The position numbers and the translations under genes were made by a program. A DNA stretch of 64,000 nucleotides from Octopus sinensis (Eukaryota): positions 70,060,001 through 70,124,000 of the forward strand of contig NC_043002.1 in the NCBI RefSeq assembly GCF_006345805.1, given 5' to 3'. Shown piece by piece: positions 13,581 to 25,534 of this stretch (the first letter of the stretch is position 1; each line of letters starts with the position of its first letter). The notes beneath the pieces were generated by a model, which saw only the letters and a program-made list of their open reading frames with translations, did not search any database and was not told where the DNA came from.

Positions 13581-13928
13581 CAATACCGGCAGATGACAAC
13601 GTGTCTCTAAAAGAAATGGAGAAACTTTCAAAATACAAAGACCTGGAAATGGAGGTAACCAGAATGTGGAATCTAAAAACAGAAACAATTCCTATCATTA
13701 GGCATGATAAAAAAATATTCAGACAAATACATAACAAAAACACCAGGACTTACAAACACATATAGCATACAGAAAATTGCACTACTAGGCACTGCACACA
13801 TCCTACGCAGAACACTTTCCATACAATAACCATCAGAGCATCACAACAAATCACAGCACATACCCAAGGCACACAGAGCTGCGCTCGGTAGTGAAGTGAA
13901 AGCACGCTATAAAAATAAAACTACTGAA
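13581..13928 (+). mobile_element. R4/Dong-clade LINE, 5'-truncated (endonuclease C-terminus + 3'UTR)
   Basis: IPADDNVSLKEMEKLSKYKDLEMEVTRMWNLKTETIPII; ends aaaataaaactactgaa; TAA-rich repeats on both sides. Confidence 0.9.
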
Positions 13929-13957
13929 CATAATAATTAATAATAATAATAATAATA

Positions 13958-14018
<61 letters not shown>

Positions 14019-14032
14019 TATATAATAATAAT

Positions 14033-14071
<39 letters not shown>

Positions 14072-14440
14072 GATGTATCAATACCGGCAGATGACAACGT
14101 GTCTCTAAAAGAAATGGAGAAACTCTCAAAATACAAAGGACCTGGAAATAGAGATATAACTAGAATGTGGAACCTGAAAACAGAAACAATTCCTATCATA
14201 GTAGGTGCATTAGGCATGATAAAAAAATATTCAGACAACTACATAACAAAAACACCAGGACTTACAAACACATATAACATACAGAAAATTGCACTACTAG
14301 GCACTGCACACATCCTACGCAGAACACTTTCCATACAATAACCATCAGAGCATCACAACAAATCACAGCACATACCCAAGGCACACAGAGCTGCGCTCGG
14401 TAGTGAAGTGAAAGCACGCTATAAAAATAAAACTACTGAA
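14072..14440 (+). mobile_element. R4/Dong-clade LINE, 5'-truncated
   Basis: ORF 14099..14341 ...MWNLKTETIPIIVGALGMIKKYSDNYITKTPGLTNTYNIQKIALLGTAHILRRTLSIQ*; same 3' end; TAA flanks. Confidence 0.9.
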
Positions 14441-14450
14441 TAATAATAAT

Positions 14451-15005
14451 AAATGCCCTGATGCAGTACCAGGCAGTGGCTCTCATGGCTTCTGATCTTA
14501 ACTGATTGGAAGTGTTATCATGTATATTGTTCTGTCTTGGTATAAAAGATGGGCTACAGCAAATATTCTGCTCAATACAACAGATTTGCTTGTCAGTTGT
14601 TTGACCTTAACCAGTTGAGCATGCCCCTTAGTGGCTGACGATATGTGCATCTCTGATCACGAGCAGAAGTAGTGGGGGAGCATCATAGCCATGTGTTGAG
14701 AGGGATTCTTTGGGGTTTGAATAATTCACCTCTGGAAACATGGGTGGTTCTTCAAACATCCTTAAACAACCCTATTCAGGGACCTTTTGAGCGGGATGGG
14801 CTACTCAACCTGAAGAAAATTCTAACTGGGCCCCACCTACAAGGTCATGTGCTGTTTATCTTGATATGAGATCACCATGTCGCGCACATATGGTGTGATG
14901 CATGTGCCTGGTGTACCTTTATCGGACGGGTAGTCATGATGGGATATTGGGCTTCGTATATTTTACCCAGTGTCACTTTGATGGCATGAACTGCTCTCTC
15001 ACTCA

Positions 15006-15006
<1 letters not shown>
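14451..15006 (+). mobile_element. ~550-bp non-coding element, most complete copy
   Basis: Starts aaatgccctgatgcagtaccagg after TAATAATAAT and ends ctctctcactcaa before (TAA)n. Confidence 0.85.
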
Positions 15007-15078
<72 letters not shown>

Positions 15079-15100
15079 TTAATAATAATAATAATAATAA

Positions 15101-15761
15101 TGTGGTGATGGACAAGAAACAATAAATCATATTATCTCTGGCTGCCCAGTCCTGGCTAAGAAGGAATATATTCACGGACACGACAGAGTTGGGACCTATA
15201 TACACTGGAAACTATGCCAACATTATGGAATAACAACAGAAAAGAGATGGTATAGGCACACATCAGAAAAGGTCACAGAAAACGAGAAAGCAACCATACT
15301 CTGGGATATGCCGATACTCACAGATAGAGAAATTAAGGCCAACAGACCAGATTTAGTTGTCAGAGATCATGAAGGAAAAAAATGTTTTCTAATTGATGTA
15401 TCAATACCAGCGGATAACAACGTGTCTCTAAAAGAAATGGAGAAACTTTCAAAATACAAAGACCTGGAAATAGAGGTAACCAAAATGTGGAATCTAAAAA
15501 CAGAAACAATTCCTATCATAGTAGGTGCATTAGGCATGATAAAAAAAATATTCAGACAAATACACAACAAAAACACCAGGACTTACAAACACATATAACA
15601 TACAGAAAATTGCACTACTAGGCACTGCACACATCCTACGCAGAACACTTTCCATACAATAACCATCAGAGCATCACAACAAATCACAGCACATACCCAA
15701 GGCACACAGAGCTGTGCTCAGTAGTGAAGTGAAAGCACGATATAAAAAATATACTACTGAA
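15101..15761 (+). mobile_element. R4/Dong-clade LINE, 5'-truncated (zinc knuckle + restriction-like endonuclease)
   Basis: CGDGQETINHIISGCPVLAKKEYIHGHDRV...LWDMPILTDREIKANRPDLVVRDHEGKKCFLIDVSIP (RHD-like and RPD...D motifs); TAA flanks. Confidence 0.9.
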
Positions 15762-15832
15762 TAATAATAATATTAATAATAAAAATGATGATGATGATAA
15801 TAATATTGTTGTTGTTTTTAAGATTTGACGCC

Positions 15833-15880
<48 letters not shown>

Positions 15881-15923
15881 TAATAATAATAATAATAATG
15901 CAAAAAATAATAATAATAATAAT

Positions 15924-17688
15924 GCAAAAAATGATCAACAACTCAAGGGCTTACTAGCGATAGTCAAACAATTCAGTGACGACATCAGAATGCAATTCGG
16001 CCTCGATAAATGTGCAAAGGCTACCTTTATTAAAGGAAAAATGACAGAAACATCTAACGTTAACTTTGACCAACAGAATGTCATAAAAGAACTAGACCCA
16101 GTGGAGAGCTACAAGTACCTAGGGGTAATTGAAGGGAAAGGAATAAGGCATTCAGAGATGAAGGAAAGGATCAGGAGAGAATGCTATCGAAGAGTGAGAG
16201 CAATACTCAAGACAGAGCTGAATGCAAGAAACAGGATCGAAGCAATCAATGCATTAGCTATACCAGTCGTGACTTACAGTTTCAATATTGTTAACTGGTC
16301 AATTACTGAAATATGTCAGCTCGACAGAAAAATAAGGAAATGTTGACAATGCATAGAATGCACCACCCTAAGGCAGATACAGAACGACTCTATCTGCCAA
16401 GAAAAGAGGGAGGCCGTGGTCTTTTGCAACTGGCAATAACAATGAAGATTGCTACAATTGGCCTAGACACCTACCTGAAAAACTCTGAGGACTGGATGTT
16501 AAAACTTGTCTCAAAACATGAAAACAAGAAGAAGCATCATACTCAGTCACAAAACAGGCAAAGGAATATCTAAGTGAATTCCGAAATACAACCAATTCGG
16601 AATTAGAGAGAGATAGAATACAGAAAAAAACACAGAAAAAGCTAGGCGCATGAAAACCCGTGCCAAAAACTGCGCCTTAGATATTCTGAATAATTAAATG
16701 GCAAGAAAAACCTCTCTATGGCAAATACCCAAAGAGAGCGAATAATGCAGATATCGACAAAGCCCTGACCCATCAATGGCTAATGGCCTCTGGCTTAAAA
16801 TCTGAAACAGAGGGGTTTATCATAGCAGCTCAAGATCAATGCCTACCAACAAGAAACTACCAGGCCAACATATTAAAGATCAGAAGCAGTCCAACGTGTC
16901 GTGTATGCAAGCACAAAATGAAACCATTGACCATGTGGTCTCCAAGTGCAGTCTTCTAGCGCCTACAGAGTATCTCAACAGGCACGATAGAGCTGCACAT
17001 ATATATCAATGGGTAATCTGTAAAAACCTGGATTTGCCCCATGAAAAAAAATGGTGGGGAACACAAACCACCCCCAGTGCTTGAAAATGAACAGCATCTC
17101 ACTCTCTGGAAATTTCACCATTCAAACTGACAGGAAGATAGATGCAAATAGACCAGACATCATATTGAAAGACTTCAAACAAAGAACATGCCTCCTCATT
17201 GATATGACTGTCCCAATCGATATAAACGTATCTGTCAGGTCCTACCAAAAAACTGAGCAAGCAAATAAAGATCTTGAAATAGAAATCAGCAAAATGTGGA
17301 AGCTGAAGACTAAAACAATACCTGTTGTCATAGGTGCCCTGGGAATGATAGCAAAAGGGCTGATAGCTACCTAACTCAGATACCAGGAAACCCAAAATGG
17401 CAGGCAGAAGTTCAAAAGATAGTGCTCATGGGAACTGCTCATATCCTACGCAAAATACTCTCTATGTAACCTCAAGGTTTAAAACAACCATAATTTTCGG
17501 TTTAAAAAAAAAAAAAAAAAAAAAAACTTTTTTTTTTTTAGACATTCATTAGTACAACACATCCCCACCCCCAAATATATGGCACACTAGGCATAACAAC
17601 AACATGAACTTCAACCCTGTTGTCTCTTGAGGTCTCTGGGTGAGACTTGGAGCCAACTTGTACAAATATAAAGCAAAAGTCAAACATA

Positions 17689-17691
<3 letters not shown>
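15924..17691 (+). mobile_element. Second R4/Dong subfamily, 5'-truncated inside RT, frameshifted
   Basis: AKNDQQLKGLLAIVKQFSDDIRMQFGLDKCAK...YKYLG...AINALAIPVVTYSF, LYLPRKEGGRGL, ETIDHVVSKC, RHDR, DANRPDI, VIGALG; distinct 3'UTR ending gtcaaacatagaa then (TAA)n. Confidence 0.9.
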
Positions 17692-17730
<39 letters not shown>

Positions 17731-18072
17731 TTATTATCATAGCCACAGTAACAACTAGCAAAATCCGTGGGAATTTCGCTAGCGTATATAGCTACATGAA
17801 AAACAAACAAATAAGCAAAACAACATAACACAAACAACCAAAAACTTATTTAATACCGTTTCCTTATAATCCTAATTATAATCCTTATTAGCGTACGAGG
17901 TTTTTTCATTATTCAGATTCAATATTAATTTTCTTCAATTATAGCTCTTCGTAAATACCAATAGGAACATAACTAACGGAAACAACTTATTCAATTTTTC
18001 GAGGTAATATTTTACAAGTATCATATGCTCGTACTTTTCGCCACGTATCATATTAATAATACCTTGCTCAGA

Positions 18073-18474
18073 AAGGTGGCGAGCTGGCACGCCGGGCGAA
18101 ATGCTAAGTGGTATTTCGTCTGCCGCTACGTTCTGAGTTCAAATTCCGCCGAGGTCGACTTTGCCTTTCATCCTTTCAGGGTCGATAAATTAAGTACCAG
18201 TTACGCACTGGGGTCGATATAATCGACTTAACCTGTGTGTCTGTCCTTGTTTGTTCTCTCTGTGTTTAGCCCCTTGTGGGTAGTAAAGAAATAGGCATTT
18301 CGTCTGCTTTTACGTTCTGAGTTCAAATTCCGCTGAAGTCGACTTTACCTTTCATCCTTTCGGGGTCGTTAAATTAAGTACCAGTTGCGTACTGGGGTTG
18401 ATCTAATCGACTACCCCCCCACCAAAAAAAAAAAAAAAAATTAAGGGCATTGTGCCTAGAGTAGAACAAAATAA
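18073..18474 (+). mobile_element. SINE family A, head-to-tail dimer
   Basis: Core ttctgagttcaaattccgc...gtcgacttt.cctttcatccttt..gggtcg occurs twice. Confidence 0.85.
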
Positions 18475-18769
18475 TACCTTACCGAGAGCAAGTTTATATT
18501 TTCTAAAACTATATATTTCATTCGAATGAATTAATACCATTCTTTTCATATAAATATAAATATTTATTGTAAAATGTCTCTTCTCTCGAATAAAATTTTT
18601 GGAGCCTGATACAAAAATTCGGTCTCACGGTGTTGCACATTAAGCAAGTGTTTTCCATCAGATCTTCGAGTTGATTAATGCCCGAAATTAAATTCAGCAG
18701 ACAAAGACACTGTGTATATGTTGCATGCACACTTGGTTGTATACTTTCTTATATGTATGCTTGTACGGA

Positions 18770-19403
18770 TACTCTTTGATTTGTTTCAGGCATTTTGACT
18801 GCGGCCATGCTGGAGCTCTGCTTATTACTCAAAGAAATCGACCCCTGGACTTACTCTTTATAAGCCTGGTACTTATTCTATCAGCCTCCTTTGCCGAACC
18901 GCTAGGTTACAAGGACGTAAAGACATCAAGATTGTTGTCAAGTGATGATGGAGGGACAAACACAGACACAGATATACAAATACATACATACATATATATA
19001 TTATATATATGACAGGCTTCTTTCAGTTTCCTATTTCTTTATTGCCCACAAGGGGCTAAACATAGAGGGGACAAATAAGAACAGATTACATGGACCCCAG
19101 TGTGTAACTGGTACTTAATTTATCGACCACCAAAGGATGAAAGGCAAAGTCGACCTCGGCGGAGTTTGAACTCAACGTAAAGACAGACGAAATACTGCTA
19201 AGCATTTCACCCGGCGTGCTAACGTTTCTGCCAGCTCACCGCCTTCTTTCAATTTCCGTCTACCAAATCCACTCACAAGGCTTTGGACGGCGCGAGGCTA
19301 TAGTAGAAGACACTTGATCAAGGTGTCACGTAGTGAGACTGAAATTGGAACCATATGGTTGAGAAGCAAGCTCTTTACTACATACACAGCCACACCTGCG
19401 CCT
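18770..19403 (-). mobile_element. SINE family B (bipartite, internal TA/CA microsatellite), interrupted by a family A copy
   Basis: Both family B modules present on either side of 19032-19243. Confidence 0.8.
19032..19243 (-). mobile_element. SINE family A nested in family B, 14-bp TSD
   Basis: ttctttcagtttcc (19018-19031) / ttctttcaatttcc (19244-19257). Confidence 0.85.
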
Positions 19404-19563
19404 ACATACATGAAAGCATACGATGTATGCATATTAGCTATGTACAATAAGTGCTCAAGCGGATTTACCACTAAAACTCCGACCTGAACTGTGACTAAAG
19501 CAAAACAAAAATAGCGTTGTAGCTGACTAGCAATGAATGGCTATAAGTGGTTCCTTATTAAGC

Positions 19564-19614
<51 letters not shown>

Positions 19615-19777
19615 TAAGATATCTGGTTCTTGACTGATGACTGAGGGCTTCGAATGTCCCGTCCTGTGGTTCTTGTGTCGTCTCTGTGGTGTTTCATGTT
19701 CTTGTCCATGTCTGTAATTAATTTTACTGTTTACCTATATATATATATAATATATATATATATATGTATATTAGAAA

Positions 19778-20333
19778 GAAAGGATAAACATGCAAAATAT
19801 GAGGTATCGTTTTAGGGCATGTAATTTATAATTTCAGATTTGTTAGGGTAAATAAGGGATCAAGAAGTTGTGCATAAATTTGTCATGCATCTGTTTCTAG
19901 AATAGCTGTGCATACAGTGAATATCTCATACAGCAAATATTTCCATTTAAAAGCCAACTTTTCTGTCTCCAGAAAGGAAGGATTAAGGAATAACTTTTAT
20001 AAAGGATATTAGTAGTTAATAGTTCCATCGTTGAAGAATAAAGTAATATCTTTATTAAAAAAAAATTATTCCTTAATTCTTCGATGATGGAATCGGTAAT
20101 TACTAATATCCTTCATTAAGGTTATTTCTTAATCCTTCCTCTCTGAAGATAAGATAGTTGACTTTTATATGGTAATCTTTGGTCAATGAAATATGCGCCA
20201 TATGCGCCATATGCACAGCTATTTTAGAAATAACTTCATAATCCCTTTTTAACTCAAACAATTCTGCAATTATGCTTGAATTATAAATCATATGCTCTAA
20301 AGTCATATCACATGTTTTGCTTGTTCATTCATT
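19778..20333. mobile_element. Imperfect fold-back (palindromic MITE-like) element, ~270-bp arms
   Basis: Left cagaaaggaaggattaaggaataac...ggatattagta matches the reverse complement of right tactaatatcc...gttatttcttaatccttcctctctg; similarity continues outward by eye. Confidence 0.7.
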
Positions 20334-20389
20334 TTGGTTAATCTCTCTTTCCTCTGTCTCTCTCTATATACGCATATATATATGTACGC

Positions 20390-20427
<38 letters not shown>

Positions 20428-20631
20428 ATATTGCAAATAAGAAAATGGAGGAAAATAATAGTTGGTCATCAACTTTAGGACATTAAGAATGTTAAATTAA
20501 TGGTAAAATATCTCTTTACCTTCACCCATTTAATACACTAGGTAATGTAATTGCAATGCAATAAAAAACTCTTGTGTATTAATAATTGGGTATTCTACCA
20601 ACAGTATATTGGATAGATATTATCCCTTAGT

Positions 20632-20672
<41 letters not shown>

Positions 20673-20742
20673 TTCTATACGCCTCTATCTATCAGTCTTT
20701 ACACATACGTATATCTGTAAGTCATATATATATATATATATA

Positions 20743-20785
<43 letters not shown>

Positions 20786-21430
20786 TTGTGTGTGTGTATA
20801 TACGTATATATATCCGTATATACTTACATGTAACACATACGCGCGCATACATACATATTTGCTAATCGTATATATACACACATACACATACACATATATG
20901 TATACATATATTATACTGTAAGCTGTACAAACACACACGAACATATAATATGTGTGTGTGTGTGTATGTCGTTGTGTTGGCTAATGTAAGAATATTTGTA
21001 TGTATGCAAACAGAAAAGATACACACGCACCTATAAACATGCCCCTAAGGCTAAACACATACAAAATAGTAAGAAGAAAATCAAAAAAATAAAGAAAAGC
21101 AGGAGCAAAATATACCTCTTTTCCTTCTTCGACGTCTTTGTTTGGTTTACCAGCAACCATAAAAGTTCAAGGAATAACATTTGGAATGTATCTATTGTCT
21201 TTGAGTTAAAAGACTAGATGAATCAGCTGGTTTTGACTGTATGGAGTTCAAAGTTGGCAGAAAGATCTAGATCAATTGAATTTGAAACAATAATATTCAG
21301 AAGCTTCGTAGTGTCTCTGATGCCTGCCTCCACCGGATAAGGTGATCTGTTCATATCGTAAGGCAAATAGACCGGTTATAGGAAAATGCCAGGAAAATAC
21401 GCAAACAGCTATAAGTTTGCTCTTTGTAAA

Positions 21431-21730
21431 GTGGAGGTGTAATGGTCCAGTGGTTAGGGCAGGGGACTCGCAGTCGTAGGGTCGCGGTTTCGATTCCCAG
21501 ACCGGGCGTTGTGAGTGTTTATTGAGCGAAATCGCCTAAAGGTACGACAGAATGCAGGTACAACAGAAACAGGAAGAAAGAGTGAGAGAAAGTTGTGGTG
21601 AAAGATTACAGCAGGGTTCACTCCCCCCTGCCGGAGTCTCAAGGAGCTTTAGGTGTTTTTGCTCAATAAACACTCACAATGCCCGGTCTAGGAATCGAAA
21701 CCGCGATCAACTAAGCCATTGCGCCTCCAC
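21431..21730. mobile_element. Two SINE family C copies in inverted (tail-to-tail) orientation
   Basis: Plus head 21431-21540 and minus copy 21541-21730 ending gcgcctccac. Confidence 0.8.
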
Positions 21731-22021
21731 ACCTGCCCTGTCTATAAATGTAATATACAAGATATATTTCCATTTCCTTGATGTCCACGCATCATATACA
21801 GATTCAGATATACATTCACACTTTTTTTTTTAACCAATAGAGTAACTTGGGCCTTATCAAAATGAAAGCAATGCATTCATTAGGAACAGTGTTTCTCACC
21901 ATCTTTTCCCCTAAGGACCCCTTTGATTCCTGTTTTGCTCGGGTGGACCCTCCTTACCATCACAATCACCACCACAATAACAACCATCAGCTCCACCACC
22001 TCTTCATCACCTCCACCACTA

Positions 22022-22260
22022 CTTCTTCAGCCGCCTCCGTTTCGTCTACACCGTGTTTTCGAAACAAAGAGTAGACGAAACGGAGGCGGCTGAAGAAGGG
22101 GAATTTTCCTTGTGTTGTATGTCTTGAACCCTGTTTTTTCGTTGTTTAAAAAAATGTTCGTTTCCATGGTTCTGTTTTTATGTTTTCGTTTCTCATTGTG
22201 TTCGACGTTTGTCTTGGTGTCCTGTACCCATATATACATGTATATACACATATAGATGTA
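22022..22260 (+). mobile_element. Short Penelope-type tail element with 5' 28-bp fold-back
   Basis: Homologous to 45310-45600 (minus); perfect inverted repeat 22022-22049/22071-22098. Confidence 0.55.
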
Positions 22261-22357
22261 GGTACGTACATATATGTATGTATATATGCGTATGTTTTAT
22301 TTATTATTTTGTTATTATATGATGGAAGGCCACGCGTCCACTTCCAAGTAAGTTTTA

Positions 22358-22427
<70 letters not shown>

Positions 22428-22474
22428 ACATACATACAACATACATACATATATACATATATATACATATATAC

Positions 22475-22520
<46 letters not shown>

Positions 22521-22621
22521 GTACGTTTAAATATTTGTTGTGCAAGATTTTTTTATGTGAAGTCGTGTGTTGAAACAGATATTGTTATATTTCGGAATGG
22601 TCATTTTGCCAGTTTAGCCAA

Positions 22622-23076
22622 TAAAAACACACGCACTATATATTTGGTGTTATTTTGCTTCAGTGTTATTTATTTTTTACATTAATCTTAAACTTATTTC
22701 GGCCAGAGTTCTTTCGTCACACTCCTGTGACCGCATCAGTGGTCCTTTGTTTTCTTCTTTCTTATTTGTGTCTCTCCTTACTAACCGTCAGCCATTTTGT
22801 ATTTCTATCGTATGTCTTCATTTGCGCATGCTTATATCTCTATGTGCGTCTATGCTTATTTAGTGTGTGTATGTGGGGTGGATGCCTGTAATATTTGTAT
22901 CTTCTATTTATATACGTTCCTGTAATTTGTATTTTGTTTTTGTTGTTGTTGTTTTTGTTTATTCTTATTTTGTTCATGTGTTTACATCCTCTTATTATTA
23001 TCATTACATATGCTTATATGTATGTATGTATAACAGCAATACTAGTAATAATATTAATAAATCGAATCGAAAAAAG
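22622..23076 (-). repeat. Left arm of ~455-bp inverted repeat (3' terminal region of the Penelope-like element)
   Basis: Reverse complement of 25535-25988, few mismatches. Confidence 0.9.
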
Positions 23077-23156
23077 AAAAAATATATATATATAGTTATT
23101 TATTTCTATTTGTTTATTTATCTGTGTATTTATTATGTTTTCGGGATCCTCTATCG

Positions 23157-25520
23157 TCATATGTTGTGGTGTGCGCTAGTGCTCCATTCTAGTTTTCTAT
23201 TGAGGCTAGGTTTATTTTCTATTATGTGTGTAGCTTTTGTAATTTGTCTGATTGTTGCATCTGTTCTATGTGTGGACAATATTTTAATTTCTATATTGTT
23301 GATTGATCCCCCGTGTTCCTGTTCGGCGTGTTGGTACAGAATCGATGAGTTTTTACCTTCTTTGAGTTGTCTCCAATTTTCATTTACCCGCTCTCCTATG
23401 CTTCTTGCCGTTTCCCCTACGTATGTCGCTGTCTTGTTACTGCATCGTCCCTCTACACATCTTATACTATAGACTACATTTCTGGCTTTACAGTTTATTT
23501 GTGGGCTAAATCTACATACAGTACAGTACTTAATCCGTACAGGGGGTTCTACTAAAAGGATAGGTTCTACCAATTATAGATTTGATAGGGTTGCCTGGCT
23601 TTTCAACAACCTTAATTCTTAGCTTAAGTTTGTCTAGGGTTCTTCTAAAGCAGTACGCCAGTTCACCTCCTATTTTCTTTTTTGTCCTTTCTATAGTGTT
23701 CCATGACTTGTTCCTATAGAGTGGGCAAATCCCATTCCTATCATTACATAATATATTATCAAATTTCTTCATGGCTCCTTTGTATACTCTGATCCTTTCT
23801 TTATGGCTGTAACCTGAGAACTGCATGCGGTGAATGAAATATTGTATGTGTCTCTTTAACTCTGTGGGCTCGCACATGCGTGACACATTTCTCCTTATTC
23901 TGACGAGGTCTGCCATCAAAATATTGAATTTGACATTGTCCGCAATAGCTGAGTTCCGGTGGATCAAGTATTTTGAGGCCGTAGGTTTGGCATAGTATGA
24001 ATGAAGGATTTGGGTTTTATTATTCACAATTTCTAGCCAGAGTTCAGTGTCTAGTACTGGTAGTCTATGGTTGGGGTGTTTAGTGGGGTAGTCTATTGTG
24101 ACCTTAATACTCTGGTGGATGGAGTTAGCTATTTGCTGGATGATCTCCATAGTATTAGTTTCTATTACTATATCAACATTACTCTCTTGTGGGGGTGCCT
24201 TTACCACTATGTTGATATCATCAACATAGCGAGAGTACATGTTCTCTCGAGAGTATGGAGTTCTGTGTTAAGCGTTCTTTAAGCCTTCTGTCCCACCATA
24301 CCATGAAAAGGTTGGCCACATCACCAGCGATACTAACGCCGATGGCTGCCCCCTCGTCCTGGGCATATATTTTATTATTAAACTTAAACGTGTGGCCTTT
24401 TAGGGTAACTCTTAGTGCATGTGCGATCATTTTCTTTACCTGATGGACATTTGCGGGGCTCCGTATGGCTCTGGTCCATCCGCGCCATCTTTCTATATGT
24501 GTCTTCCTAGCCATAGAAGTAATTGTGGGTGGTCTACCTCTTAAACATCTACTGGGGCAGAAACTACTAAGATTATGTTTATCTAAGTATTCATTATTAC
24601 ATGCCAGTCTAAGTAGGAGGCCCAGTTCCTCTGTATTGACATTACGGAACTCCACCTGGCTCTCGTTGATCATCTCCACGCACTTCTCCACCGCAAAATC
24701 TACGTCGATCGATGGGTATAGGGATACCACATCCATGCTACCCACCATACATCCTGTCAGGTCACAAGTGTTGTTAGTCATCGATCCTTCTGAGGAGATC
24801 TTCTGTGCTGTCACAAACATAAGGTGACATCCGGATTATAAGGCGTATGATCATTGAGAGGAAGTAGGAGATTCTGTAATTGCTAGCGATATTCGCTCCA
24901 CAGACTGGTCTTGTTGGTGGTCCTGCTATAGGGTCAGTAGTTATTTTATGGTCCTTGCGAAGTCCATAAGTGTCGGGATATTATTGTTCCAGGCTTGGAA
25001 ATTATTTGCTGTACGTTTCTGGGGTCCCAGAACAATTGTCCACACCATCATGTGGGCGTTGAGGACCTTTTCTCTCTCCTCATGCGCCTGTAAAGTTGTT
25101 ATTTTTGTATTGGCGATATGAGGTTGCATTGCCTGGATGTTCGGTAAGCTGTCTATTGACATCCTGCCGGACTTATCTGTGGGCAGGCATACCCCCTCTC
25201 CGTTCCTCGTGCGCTGAATGAGCTTATGTAGGCTACATGCAGGTTTAATCCCGAGTTGTTGGGCCTCTGTCTTATTCTGTCTCTGTCTCTTAGTGTATAA
25301 TCCTAAAATCTGTCTAAGTTTGGTCCTAGCTATAGTGAACTGTGCATCCATATGGTCATTAGTATGTCTTGGGATGTAGACTCTTTTGTTGAAGGGTAAT
25401 GTTGTTGGATAAATCCGGCTCATGCAGTAAGATTTGTCATATACGTTGAAGAATTGAGTGTCAAAGGGGTGGGTATAAATGTCAATGGTCTTTCTAGGGT
25501 TATCTTCATTATCATTACTG
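23157..25520 (-). mobile_element. Penelope-like retroelement ORF: reverse transcriptase + GIY-YIG endonuclease, frameshifted, 5'-truncated
   Basis: GSMDVVSLYPSI, FKFNNKIYAQDEGAAIGVSIAGDVANLFM, YSRYVDDI, LPVLDTEL, NCKARNVVYSIRC...YVGETARSIGERVNE. Confidence 0.92.
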
Positions 25521-25534
25521 TTTCAATCATCAGC

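Noticed and set aside
20103-20306. 67-aa minus-strand ORF with vague endonuclease-like wording
   Set aside because: Lies in one arm of the fold-back palindrome; no catalytic motifs.
21431-21510. tRNA-like heads here and at 34400-34465, 53645, 55268
   Set aside because: They continue into SINE bodies and lack a complete acceptor stem, so they are not called tRNA genes.
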